Assembly: GCF_000039765.1 (NCBI RefSeq)
Contig: NC_004459.3
Location: 330,001-362,000 of the forward strand
Direction: 5' to 3'
DNA length: 32,000 nt
Origin: Vibrio vulnificus CMCP6
GTDB taxonomy: Bacteria > Pseudomonadota > Gammaproteobacteria > Enterobacterales > Vibrionaceae
In this document: piece by piece, positions 1 to 10,068 of the stretch
Layout: the number at the start of each line of letters is the position of its first letter
Position numbering within the stretch: position 1 is the first letter of the stretch
Made by a program: the position numbers and the translations under genes
Notes under the pieces: generated by a model
Told to the model about the DNA's origin: nothing
The model's input: only the letters and a program-made list of their open reading frames with translations
The model's database searches: none

Positions 1-639
1 GCAGAATTTGACTGGCGCTTAATTGCCGCTCTGGCGTACCAAGAATCACATTGGAATCCCCTCGCGAAATCGCCGACCGGTGTGCGCGGTATGATGATGC
101 TGACGTTGCCGACTGCGCAAAGTGTTGGGGTAAAAAACCGCTTAGACCCAGAGCAGTCTATCCGCGGTGGCGTTGAATATCTGCGTCGTATTGTCGCTCG
201 TGTACCTGAATCGATCCCTCAACATGAGAAAATCTGGTTTGCTTTAGCATCCTACAACGTTGGCTTTGGTCATATGATGGATGCACGCCGTTTAACCAAA
301 CGACAAGGTGGCGATCCAGATTCTTGGGGAGATGTGAAAGAGAGACTGCCGCTATTAAGACAGAAGAAGTATTTCAGCCAAACTCGCTACGGTTATGCCC
401 GTGGAGACGAGGCGAAAAATTACGTTGAGAATATCCGCCGCTACTACCAAAGCATCATTGGTCATGTGGGACAAAACTCTCTGATTGCGAGCGATCAAGA
501 GGGCGAAATTCAAGTGATCCCGCCACTCGAAAACAGTGAGCTAGTGGCAGCTAGCGACATTGACGCTGCAGAAAACGAAGCTCTGTCGCCAGATGTCGGT
601 GTCAGCCAAGCGACACTCACCACAGAAGTCCAACCTTAA
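1..639 (+). CDS. mltF: Membrane-bound lytic murein transglycosylase F, C-terminal part (gene starts upstream of window)
   Basis: Frame 1 is open from base 1 ([35 protein letters not shown]...), a typical transglycosylase SLT domain; stop TAA at 637-639. The track ORF at 82 is an internal Met. Confidence 0.9.
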   Translation, partial: AEFDWRLIAALAYQESHWNPLAKSPTGVRGMMMLTLPTAQSVGVKNRLDPEQSIRGGVEYLRRIVARVPESIPQHEKIWFALASYNVGFGHMMDARRLTKRQGGDPDSWGDVKERLPLLRQKKYFSQTRYGYARGDEAKNYVENIRRYYQSIIGHVGQNSLIASDQEGEIQVIPPLENSELVAASDIDAAENEALSPDVGVSQATLTTEVQP

Positions 640-642
640 GAG

Positions 643-712
643 CAGAAGTGGAGCGATTTTTGTAAAAGTCGATTGCTTTTTATCGGCAACTTTATCTAAA
701 ATCGCTCTTCTG
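643..712. repeat. Inverted repeat downstream of mltF (AGAAG..GAGCGATTTT / AAAATCGCTC..TTCT)
   Basis: Arms at about 643-660 and 698-712 are complementary apart from a small bulge; possible terminator or RNA structure. Confidence 0.45.
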
Positions 713-897
713 AATTAAGCTAAGCGGACCACTTCGGTCGTTCTAAATCTTAGCGTCACTTTCCAAGCGTCAAGCTTGTACTGAAAGAGTTCATATTTAG
801 CCACCCCAAAGACTGCTCTTAAAGCCAAGGCTCTAAAGAATGCGGAGACGTTATCGTCGTCGTTAAGGGGATTATTTATCGTCAGTAGGAGGTCGTT

Positions 898-1035
898 GTG
901 TTAAGACGTCGCGTCCAATCCAAACGCCTGAACAAAACTGTAGCGGCTAACCGACGTAAACGTAAGTTAGCGAATACAAAAAGAAAAATTAGCGCTCGCA
1001 ATCGCATTTTTGTGCACCTTGTGAACCACGCTTAA
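898..1035 (+). CDS. Small highly basic protein, 45 aa, GTG start (MLRRRVQSKRLNKTVAANRRKRKLANTKRKISARNRIFVHLVNHA)
   Basis: Open frame with AGGAGG a few nt upstream of GTG; 16 of 45 residues are Arg/Lys; below the ORF-track size cutoff. Confidence 0.5.
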   Translation: MLRRRVQSKRLNKTVAANRRKRKLANTKRKISARNRIFVHLVNHA

Positions 1036-1044
1036 TTGATGAGT

Positions 1045-1074
1045 AAACATCTGCACCATGAAACGCAGATGTTT
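1045..1074. terminator. Hairpin between the small ORF and tadA (AAACATCTGC N10 GCAGATGTTT)
   Basis: Perfect 10-bp inverted repeat in the convergent intergenic gap. Confidence 0.45.
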
Positions 1075-1085
1075 GCTACTACTCT

Positions 1086-1631
1086 CTACTTTTCTTCCTC
1101 GTCCACATCTTCATGATCACTTTGAGTCTGCTGCTCCTTCTTCAACGCCTTGATCTCTTTTCGACGGCGCTTAAAAAAGGCCTGTAACTGCTCACGACAT
1201 TCCAACTCTAACAATCCTTTTTCGATGGTTGCGTAGTGATATGCCGCTTGACTAGAAAACAGATCGAGTACCGTCCCTGCCGCCCCCGCTTTCAAATCAG
1301 GAGCACCAAAGACAATGCGTTTCACACGGCTATGCAGCAGTGCGCCCGCACACATTGGGCAAGGCTCTAAGGTGACGTACAACGTGGTGTCAAGCAGACG
1401 ATAGTTACCCAGACTCTGCCCAGCTTGGCGTAAGGTCTGTATTTCTGCATGGGCCGTTGCATCATGTTGACCAATCGATTGATTCCACCCTTCAGCAATC
1501 ACTTCGCCATCTTTGACCAGTACCGCGCCAACAGGCACTTCCCCTTCACTTTCAGCAATCGCGGCAAGCTCAATCGCTCTGCGCATAAAAACTTCATCTT
1601 GAAGTGAAAAGGGTTGATGTGTCTCTGCCAT
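1086..1631 (-). CDS. tadA: tRNA-specific adenosine-34 deaminase
   Basis: Deaminase zinc motifs HAEI and PCPMCAGALLHSRV; typical length. Confidence 0.93.
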   Translation of the reverse strand: MAETHQPFSLQDEVFMRRAIELAAIAESEGEVPVGAVLVKDGEVIAEGWNQSIGQHDATAHAEIQTLRQAGQSLGNYRLLDTTLYVTLEPCPMCAGALLHSRVKRIVFGAPDLKAGAAGTVLDLFSSQAAYHYATIEKGLLELECREQLQAFFKRRRKEIKALKKEQQTQSDHEDVDEEEK

Positions 1632-1667
1632 GTTTACCTCTATCGTCTGGGTTGGGGATTATAGCGG

Positions 1668-2555
1668 TTATGCGGCTGCAGATAAATGTTGTGCCAGATG
1701 ATCCACCAGCAAACGAACTTTCGGCGATAAATGTCGATTGTGTGGATACAGCGCCCAAACCCCTTCACGATCATCACGAAAATGCGCCAGTACTTCGATA
1801 AGTCGCCCTGCGTGCAAGTGCTCATCAACGTAGTAATCCGGTAACTGAACCAAACCAATCCCTTTCAGAGCGGCATCCAATAGCACAACACCACTAGAGC
1901 AACGAATACGCCCATTCACTTTAATGGAACGACCTTGATGATTCTCTTTGAAACGCCAATGATCGTGGGTACCGATCAGGCAGTTGTGTGACGACAAATC
2001 CGATAACGTGTGAGGCATGCCATGCTGTTCAAAATATTCTGGCGTCGCACAAACATGCAGATGACGATCACTTAGTCGACGCGCCATGGAACTAGAATCT
2101 TCAAGCTGACCCAGCCGAACCGCGATATCCACACCCTGCTCAATCAAGTCGAGCTTTTGGTTGGTGAGCACTAACTCTAAATCAATTTTAGGGTAACGAA
2201 TCAGAAAGTCATTCAGCAACGGCGCGATCTTTTGCTCACCGTAAGTGACCGGGGCGGTAATTCTTAATTTCCCTTGTGGCGTCTGCTGCATTTGTGTCAC
2301 GGCTAGCTCCGCTTGATGAAGCCCTTCCAATATGCTGCGACAATGCTGAACGTAGATCTGCCCAGCCTCAGTCAGTGACACTTTTCTTGTTGAGCGCAGT
2401 AACAGCTTCACACCTAACCGCTCTTCCAGTTGTCCGACTCGGCGGCTCACATTTGCGACCGATGTTTCTAAGCGCGTGGCGGCCTGAGTGAAGCTGCCGC
2501 TTTCGGCCACCGCAACAAACTCGTTCACACCTTCCCAATGAATATTGGCCATCAC
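1668..2555 (-). CDS. LysR-family transcriptional regulator
   Basis: N-terminal HTH (EFVAVAESGSFTQAATRLETSVANVSRRVGQLEERLGVKLLLRSTRKVSLTEAG) plus substrate-binding domain; divergent from frmA. Confidence 0.92.
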   Translation of the reverse strand: MMANIHWEGVNEFVAVAESGSFTQAATRLETSVANVSRRVGQLEERLGVKLLLRSTRKVSLTEAGQIYVQHCRSILEGLHQAELAVTQMQQTPQGKLRITAPVTYGEQKIAPLLNDFLIRYPKIDLELVLTNQKLDLIEQGVDIAVRLGQLEDSSSMARRLSDRHLHVCATPEYFEQHGMPHTLSDLSSHNCLIGTHDHWRFKENHQGRSIKVNGRIRCSSGVVLLDAALKGIGLVQLPDYYVDEHLHAGRLIEVLAHFRDDREGVWALYPHNRHLSPKVRLLVDHLAQHLSAAA

Positions 2556-2692
2556 ACTTCTCCTTCACATTCATTATTACTCATGTGTAAAAGTCATTCT
2601 CAATTTAACAGGATTATAAAACAATTTGGAATGACTATACTGAAATTCTTGGTTCGGTGTGCCTATACGCCACCGCTTAGTTAGACGCTTAA

Positions 2693-3835
<1,143 letters not shown>

Positions 3836-3852
3836 CCCCTCCCCTATTAACA

Positions 3853-3874
3853 TTGGCGAGCTTCGGCTCGCCAA
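3853..3874 (+). other. Intercistronic hairpin with UUCG tetraloop abutting the fghA Shine-Dalgarno
   Basis: TTGGCGAGC-TTCG-GCTCGCCAA perfect 9-bp stem, followed immediately by AAGGAG and the ATG at 3885. Confidence 0.6.
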
Positions 3875-3884
3875 AGGAGCAAGC

Positions 3885-4730
3885 ATGGTTTTGACCCACC
3901 TTAGCCAATCAAAAGTTTTCCAAGGTTGGCACAAGCAGTACCAACATCACTCAAGCACGCTTAATTGCGAGATGCGATTTGCGATTTTTTTGCCTCCCCA
4001 AGCCACCAACCATCACAAAGTACCCGTCCTGTATTGGTTATCCGGCCTCACCTGTAGCGACGAAAACTTTATGCAAAAAGCGGCTGCATTTGAAAAGGCG
4101 GCAGAGCTAGGTATGGCTATTGTTGCCCCCGATACCAGCCCCAGAGGTGAAGGGGTCGCCGACGATCCCGATGGGCACTATGACCTTGGTCTTGGCGCTG
4201 GATTTTACCTTAATGCCACTCAAACGCCGTGGAAAAAGCATTATCAGATGTACGACTACATCGTGAGTGAGCTGCCTCAGTTAATTGAAGCTAATTTTCC
4301 TGTCACGGAAAAAAGGGCCATTGCAGGACACAGTATGGGAGGACACGGCGCTCTGACGATTGGGATTCGCAATCCAGAGCGATATTGCTCTATTTCCGCA
4401 TTCAGTCCAATTTGTCACCCCACTAAGGCACCTTGGGGGCAAAAAGCCTTTCGCCATTATTTAGGGGAAGAGACTGAACAATGGGCACAATACGATGCCG
4501 TTGAACTGCTCAAAGAGCATTGCCTTACACGCCCGTTGCTGGTCGACCAAGGTGCTGCCGACCCCTTCTTAGAAGAACAACTGCAAATTGAGACGCTGCA
4601 ACAAGCGTTACAAAACGCTCCTGCACATACTCAAATTCGCCTGCAGCCGGGGTACGATCACAGCTATTTCTTCATCCAAAGCTTTATTGCGGACCATCTC
4701 TCCTTTCACTGGCAACACCTTTGCGCATAA
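3885..4730 (+). CDS. fghA: S-formylglutathione hydrolase
   Basis: Esterase D family: PVLYWLSGLTCSDENFMQKAAAFEKAAELG, nucleophile motif GHSMGGHGAL; adjacent to frmA. Confidence 0.95.
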   Translation: MVLTHLSQSKVFQGWHKQYQHHSSTLNCEMRFAIFLPPQATNHHKVPVLYWLSGLTCSDENFMQKAAAFEKAAELGMAIVAPDTSPRGEGVADDPDGHYDLGLGAGFYLNATQTPWKKHYQMYDYIVSELPQLIEANFPVTEKRAIAGHSMGGHGALTIGIRNPERYCSISAFSPICHPTKAPWGQKAFRHYLGEETEQWAQYDAVELLKEHCLTRPLLVDQGAADPFLEEQLQIETLQQALQNAPAHTQIRLQPGYDHSYFFIQSFIADHLSFHWQHLCA

Positions 4731-4732
4731 CG

Positions 4733-4764
4733 TAAAAAAGCCTGCTGAAGCAGGCTTTTTTCTT
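4733..4764. terminator. Bidirectional rho-independent terminator (AAAAAAGCCTGCTGAAGCAGGCTTTTTT)
   Basis: GC-rich hairpin with A-tract and T-tract between convergent fghA and the AbgT-family gene. Confidence 0.85.
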
Positions 4765-4775
4765 ATCCAATGGTA

Positions 4776-6335
4776 TTACATTGTGTAGGTGTATGGCGCT
4801 TGAACACCCAGCGGAATACCCACTGCCCAGTAAGCAAGCAAGAAGATCGTCCAACCAATCAGCATCGCAATAGAGAATGGCATCATCAGTGATGCAAGCG
4901 TACCGATACCGGTTGATTTCACGTAACGTTGACAGTAAACAACAACGAGTGGGAAGAACACCATCAAAGGTGAAATGATGTTGGATACAGAGTCACCCAC
5001 ACGGTAAGCCGCTTGAGAAAGCTCTGGAGAAATACCCACAGCCATTAGCATTGGAACTAGGATAGGACCAATCAATGCCCACTTAGCCGATGCTGAACCG
5101 ATAAGTAGGTTCACTGACGCCGTCAGCAGAATCATACCAACGATGGTCGCTTCACCCGGCAGGTTCATCGCTTTCAGACCTTCAGCGCCGTAAAGCGCCA
5201 ACATGGTACCGATGTTTGACTGAGCAAATGCCGACAAGAACTGTGCACAGAAGAACGACATCACAATGTATGCGCCCATCGTCGACATTGTTGTTGCCAT
5301 CGCTTTGATGATGTCGTTACTGGATTTGAACGTGCCAGACACACGACCGTAGACATAACCAGGGATGATAAACAGGATGAAGATCAATGGCACAATTGAC
5401 TTCATGATCGGAGCAGAGAACGCCGTAATTTCACCATTTGGTGAACGCAGCGCTGAGTTTTCAGGCCAGATAGCCGCGATAAGCAGCGCAATACCTGCCA
5501 TCATCGCCCAACCAGCGTAACGGAACGCTTTCGATTCTAACTCGGTGAATGAACCAAGATCCGGTGCTTTTTCCGCATCGTCATCAATCGGAGTACTCGC
5601 TAGACGAGGCTCGATGATTTTCTCTGTCACATACCAGCCAATCGCAATGATGATCACCGAAGAAAGACCAGTGAAGAAAATGTTCGCCAGTGGGTTAACC
5701 ACGTATGCAGGATCCAGAACCTGAGCTGCCGTTTGTGTAAAGCCAGCCAATAGAGGGTCGATACCTGAAGGGATAAAGTTGGCCGAGAAACCACCTGATA
5801 CACCCGCAAACGCAGCCGCGATACCCGCAAGAGGGTGACGACCTGCCGCATGGAAAATGATACCACCTAGAGGAATAACCAGTACGTAGCCTGCATCCGC
5901 TGCGGTGTGCGATACGATCGCCACCAAAATCAGCATAGGAGTCAGAAGCTTAGCTGGCGTGAAATTCAGCATCTTCTTAAGGCCTGTGGTAATAAAGCCT
6001 GAAGAGTCCGCAACACCGACACCAAGCATCGCCACTAACACGATCCCTAGAGGTGCAAAACCAGTAAACGTGGTCACCATGTTTGCAAGGAAACTGGCTA
6101 ATGATTCACCGGTTAGAAGGTTTTTGATTGCAAGAGCGTCGCCAGTTCGAGGATTGATAAGATCAAACGAAACGTTTGACAAAAGTGCAGACGCAGCCCA
6201 AGTAATCACTAGTGCCCAGAAGAACAAAATCGCAGGATCTGGGATCTTGTTCCCTACCCTTTCGATGAAGTTCAAAAAACGATCCATACCGCTCGGCTTC
6301 GGCGATGGCGCTTGATTTACAGCTTGGTTACTCAT
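4776..6335 (-). CDS. AbgT-family transporter (p-aminobenzoyl-glutamate transporter-like)
   Basis: 519-aa multi-TM protein with VERVGNKIPDPAILFFWALV-type start and LPGEATIVGMILLTASVNLLIGSASAKWALIGPILVPMLM. Confidence 0.88.
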   Translation of the reverse strand: MSNQAVNQAPSPKPSGMDRFLNFIERVGNKIPDPAILFFWALVITWAASALLSNVSFDLINPRTGDALAIKNLLTGESLASFLANMVTTFTGFAPLGIVLVAMLGVGVADSSGFITTGLKKMLNFTPAKLLTPMLILVAIVSHTAADAGYVLVIPLGGIIFHAAGRHPLAGIAAAFAGVSGGFSANFIPSGIDPLLAGFTQTAAQVLDPAYVVNPLANIFFTGLSSVIIIAIGWYVTEKIIEPRLASTPIDDDAEKAPDLGSFTELESKAFRYAGWAMMAGIALLIAAIWPENSALRSPNGEITAFSAPIMKSIVPLIFILFIIPGYVYGRVSGTFKSSNDIIKAMATTMSTMGAYIVMSFFCAQFLSAFAQSNIGTMLALYGAEGLKAMNLPGEATIVGMILLTASVNLLIGSASAKWALIGPILVPMLMAVGISPELSQAAYRVGDSVSNIISPLMVFFPLVVVYCQRYVKSTGIGTLASLMMPFSIAMLIGWTIFLLAYWAVGIPLGVQAPYTYTM

Positions 6336-6614
6336 GGTAACTCCATAATCAATGATGTTGGTGCCAATGGCTTCTTAAAATTATTGTTTCAGCCTATTTT
6401 TCAACGTTTGATTCTATTAAATCCGTTTAAGAAAAGCACAAGGTTCCGAAAGTTTTTCCATATTTGGAGACATATTTTGCAAAAACACAATCAATGTGCA
6501 ACAAATTAAATACAATCAAAAACCCTTTTTTGAAACAAAAACGACACCATATTGAAATACATCACGATAACAACTGAAGCACCTGCCACCATTTAACCAC
6601 TCAATATCAACTCA

Positions 6615-7031
6615 TCACATATCAAATTCGCTGTATTTGGAAATCATTGTTTTAAGCTCAATAGAGTGCGAATCACCTAGCCGATCCGTCCACGTAGTTT
6701 TTATCTCTATTGTTTTTAAGGCACCGGAAACACTACTGCTAGGAACATTCCAATACACGTTGTAACCACTAGCAACAGCAGAACTTCCCGCAGAGAAATC
6801 TGTCGAAAAGTCAGCCCCAGAAATAGATGACATAGCATCAGAAATACCACGTGTCCGAAACCATTCGAGTTTTTGTTCTGCTAAGTTGAGCGCCTCAATG
6901 CTCCTCTCAGCAAAATCAGCTTTACGCTCCATGTACACTTGAAGTTTTATCAACCCCAAGGCTCCGATACCAATAAGTAGAAAAGAGATCAGCACTTCTA
7001 TCAAACTGAAACCACTTTGCTTACAAATCAT
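6615..7031 (-). CDS. pilV: Type IV pilus modification / minor pilin PilV-like
   Basis: Prepilin signal GFSLIEVLISFLLIGIGALGLIKLQ; start set at MICKQSG rather than the longest ORF; overlaps the upstream gene by 11 nt. Confidence 0.75.
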   Translation of the reverse strand: MICKQSGFSLIEVLISFLLIGIGALGLIKLQVYMERKADFAERSIEALNLAEQKLEWFRTRGISDAMSSISGADFSTDFSAGSSAVASGYNVYWNVPSSSVSGALKTIEIKTTWTDRLGDSHSIELKTMISKYSEFDM

Positions 7032-8313
7032 TCCAGCTCCCCTTCTCCCATGCGTAAAAAATAACGGGATCAACCACCTCTTCTATATTGTCTCTATTGA
7101 AAGCAAAGTTCAGTGAGTTTGCGAAGTAAGCTGCATAGCTTGGACTATCTAAAACTTGCCCTCCAGAGAAAGTGAATGCCCCTCTTTGAAAATAAACAAT
7201 TCGGTTTTTACTCAACCCTGTAAAGTGAACAACCTCTGCAAAATGATCTTTTGCTTCAAAGTTATCCCAAAGAGTATCTAAGTTAGTTGGTGCTGTTGTA
7301 TGAAGTTGATACAGCATTCCAGGAAACGTCATCGCGCCATGTGCAGCAAAAATGCCGTTGTGCACTAGTAATAAAACAGGATCCCCTCCCGAACTAACAA
7401 AAGCCTCGGAAATATGATCGATCCCACCTTTAATCGGGTTACCGTTTGAATCGGTTGGATAATTACCATTAATTTTTGTGGAAGACGTAAATTCACACGA
7501 ACCCGTTACCCATATTCTTCGCTTACCTGCGTTTATCTGATCAGCCACTTTTTTTCCACAATCCGTAACTATCTGATCCAACACGTTGTCAAAATTTACA
7601 GTGGCAAAGTTGAGATTAGTTTTTACGCTACTCCAATTGGATCTCTGCACTCTGAAAAGATCATAGAAAGGCTCCAGAGCGCCATCCTGAATAAAATCAT
7701 CACCATATCCAGTATCTGCGGAGATATTGGTCTTGTGCGAAGCTTTACAATCTTTAGATTTATGATTGAAGCCTTGATATGGAACACTGCCATGTATCAC
7801 GCCTTGGTTAGTGGCGCCTGATCTAGAGTGAAATGCACTTTTGTAACGGATTGCTGTACATTCCCATCCATCATCAAAATCACCAGGATCAGGTGTAGAA
7901 AAAGTAGCACTACCGTTGATATAGAGATCGGAGCTACTTTTCAGAGCACCGCTAGATGCACCACGACTCAGTTTAAGAGTTTTGCTTATCGTCGCATGTC
8001 CGCTAGAGGCTACTTTGCTCGTAATTTTATTGTTGCTATCGATAGCAAGATTAGACAGTCCTAATGGGTTTTTACACGTAGAAGGAAAAAGAGTAGTTGC
8101 AGCAAGAATATCACCTTGCTGTCTGACAAGCGCAAACGCGCACTCCAATCCCCCCTCCGCTTTCCAGTAACTTTGCCGTGACAATACCTCATTTTGCGCT
8201 CGTTTGATTTGATAAAGCAATGTTTTATAACTACCTAAAGTCGCCATGAGTGCAGCGATCAGCAATACACTCGTAACAAGCAAGGTCGTCGCACCTTGTT
8301 CACGATTTATCAT
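7021..8313 (-). CDS. PilX-like minor pilin/pilus assembly protein, unusually long (about 430 aa)
   Basis: N-terminal MINREQGATTLLVTSVLLIAALMATLGSYKTLLYQIKRAQNEV in a pilW-X-V context. Confidence 0.6.
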   Translation of the reverse strand: MINREQGATTLLVTSVLLIAALMATLGSYKTLLYQIKRAQNEVLSRQSYWKAEGGLECAFALVRQQGDILAATTLFPSTCKNPLGLSNLAIDSNNKITSKVASSGHATISKTLKLSRGASSGALKSSSDLYINGSATFSTPDPGDFDDGWECTAIRYKSAFHSRSGATNQGVIHGSVPYQGFNHKSKDCKASHKTNISADTGYGDDFIQDGALEPFYDLFRVQRSNWSSVKTNLNFATVNFDNVLDQIVTDCGKKVADQINAGKRRIWVTGSCEFTSSTKINGNYPTDSNGNPIKGGIDHISEAFVSSGGDPVLLLVHNGIFAAHGAMTFPGMLYQLHTTAPTNLDTLWDNFEAKDHFAEVVHFTGLSKNRIVYFQRGAFTFSGGQVLDSPSYAAYFANSLNFAFNRDNIEEVVDPVIFYAWEKGSWNDL

Positions 8314-8987
8314 TGCCAATTCCTCTGCGTTACTGAGAATGAAACGTTTTCTTTACTGGATGGGAGGTCGGTCAAGCGCGTAATCAATTCAATATCAAAA
8401 TAAGCTGACGTCGCACCACCACCCGCTATATTTTTCTGCACTACATTGAATGCCTCTACCTGGATCTGGCTAGCCACAAATAAAGAATTACAGGAGTTTA
8501 CAAATGAACCGGCAAAATTGCTCGCTTGAGCTGTCGTAATCAAATAATCTAACTCCTTTTCACATATTCTAAGAATGTGACTATCATTATCTCTTTGTTC
8601 ATAAACTACATTCTTATATAGCGGCGTTGCTCCAGACATTTTGGTAAAATAAGCGTAAGCAATTAACCCCTCATCTGCACTATTGTGTGAATAGATCACC
8701 GTGGTTGCCCCTGATAGTCTGACCGTTTGACCATTACTTCCATCATAGCCAGCTCTCAACATGTCTGAATGCATCATCTGCGTAACACTCCTTGTGTTTT
8801 GCAATAACATCAAATCTTTGCTGCGCTTCGCTGACGCATTTTGTCCTTGAATAAAAATCGAACCAACAACACCTAATGCAAACAAGCCAATAGTTGCGGA
8901 TATCATAAATTCGACCAACGAGGCACCTAACTGCCTCTTACGTTGAAAAGAAATTTGTTTAGCAACGAGGGTAGCCATAGTATTCAT
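8310..8987 (-). CDS. pilW: PilW-like minor pilin
   Basis: Prepilin-type GASLVEFMISATIGLFALGVVGSIF; likely start at the internal MNTMATLVAKQ. Confidence 0.7.
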   Translation of the reverse strand: MNTMATLVAKQISFQRKRQLGASLVEFMISATIGLFALGVVGSIFIQGQNASAKRSKDLMLLQNTRSVTQMMHSDMLRAGYDGSNGQTVRLSGATTVIYSHNSADEGLIAYAYFTKMSGATPLYKNVVYEQRDNDSHILRICEKELDYLITTAQASNFAGSFVNSCNSLFVASQIQVEAFNVVQKNIAGGGATSAYFDIELITRLTDLPSSKENVSFSVTQRNWQ

Positions 8988-9471
8988 CACTCTGGTTATC
9001 ACTACATAGGCGGAAACGGGCAGAACGATTATGCGCAATTAACTTAATTGCTTTCGTAGATTCACCTGTAGGGTAAAAACGGATGTTGCCCTGACTAGGA
9101 CGGCCATAAACACCATCAAAACTGATCTGATCAGACGGGAACTGCGATTTAACTAATACTCCTTTGTAAGGAGCACCCGAAAGATTAAGCAAGACAGTAC
9201 CAATTCCTGGAGTTGCATTGTCAGTAAGTTCAATTTTCCAAGTCCCTAAACTATCCCCATTAGCTGCGATGGAAATATGTGCCCAAAGATTTTGTCGACG
9301 TAATACAGCCTCCGATTTTGCTTGGATAACAAAGCCATGCAATTCATTTCCTAGTCTCTGCATTTTGGTTGTATTCGTAACACCAGTAAAACTAGGTACT
9401 GCCCAAGCTAAAATTACAGCCAGTACAGCCACTGTAATTAAGAGCTCCAAAAGTGTGAAGCCGCGAGTCAT
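8959..9471 (-). CDS. FimT/GspH-like pseudopilin
   Basis: MTRGFTLLELLITVAVLAVILAWAVPSF and GspH/FimT-type C-terminus (GRPSQGNIRFYPTGES). Start chosen at MTRGFTLL. Confidence 0.78.
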   Translation of the reverse strand: MTRGFTLLELLITVAVLAVILAWAVPSFTGVTNTTKMQRLGNELHGFVIQAKSEAVLRRQNLWAHISIAANGDSLGTWKIELTDNATPGIGTVLLNLSGAPYKGVLVKSQFPSDQISFDGVYGRPSQGNIRFYPTGESTKAIKLIAHNRSARFRLCSDNQSDEYYGYPRC

Positions 9472-9564
9472 TTCCCAAATTCCTATGTAATCTATTGCTA
9501 AGCAACAATTCAACTTGCACCAATGCTAGCACCATAGAAAAATAGGAGGAAAATCAACGAGGAA

Positions 9565-10008
9565 GTGTTCGTGATGATTCGAAATTTTCCCTGCAAACAC
9601 TACAATAAACACTCATCTGGTATGACATTGATCGAATTATTAATCGCAGTAGTCATCGTGGGGATCTTGGCAAGCATCAGCTACCCGAGCTACAAAAATT
9701 ATGTGATCGAGTCGCATAGAACAGTAGCCAAAGCAGATATGGCGAAAATTCAGTTGGAGCTGGAACGTAGCTACAATAGTGGTTATCAATGGACGCAAAT
9801 CCTATCCGGCAGCACTTGCCTGATATGTGACTCTCTCTCGGAGAGATATACATTTTCTGTTGCCAGTTCTGCAACCATTTCATATACCATTACAGCGACA
9901 GCGAAAACCGATAAAGGTCAAAGCAACGATCCTTGCCTAGCCAATGAAACGATAAAAAAAATGACGCTCGATTCAACCAACCAAGCAAAACCAACGGCTT
10001 GTTGGTAA
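9565..10008 (+). CDS. pilE: Type IV pilin PilE-like minor pilin
   Basis: GMTLIELLIAVVIVGILASISYPSYKNYVIESHRTVAKADMAKIQLELERSY; start could be GTG 9565 or ATG 9574. Confidence 0.8.
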   Translation: MFVMIRNFPCKHYNKHSSGMTLIELLIAVVIVGILASISYPSYKNYVIESHRTVAKADMAKIQLELERSYNSGYQWTQILSGSTCLICDSLSERYTFSVASSATISYTITATAKTDKGQSNDPCLANETIKKMTLDSTNQAKPTACW

Positions 10009-10009
10009 C

Positions 10010-10044
10010 AAAAAAGCCCGTTTGGCATCACCAAACGGGCTTTG
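10010..10044. terminator. Bidirectional terminator AGCCCGTTTGG-CATCA-CCAAACGGGCT
   Basis: 11-bp perfect stem with flanking A/T tracts between convergent pilE-like and dnaJ. Confidence 0.88.
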
Positions 10045-10068
10045 TCGTACTGAACTCTTATCGCATGA

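Noticed and set aside
5654-6315. ORFs overlapping the AbgT-family gene on both strands
   Set aside because: Fully embedded in a long membrane-protein gene with no recognisable domains.
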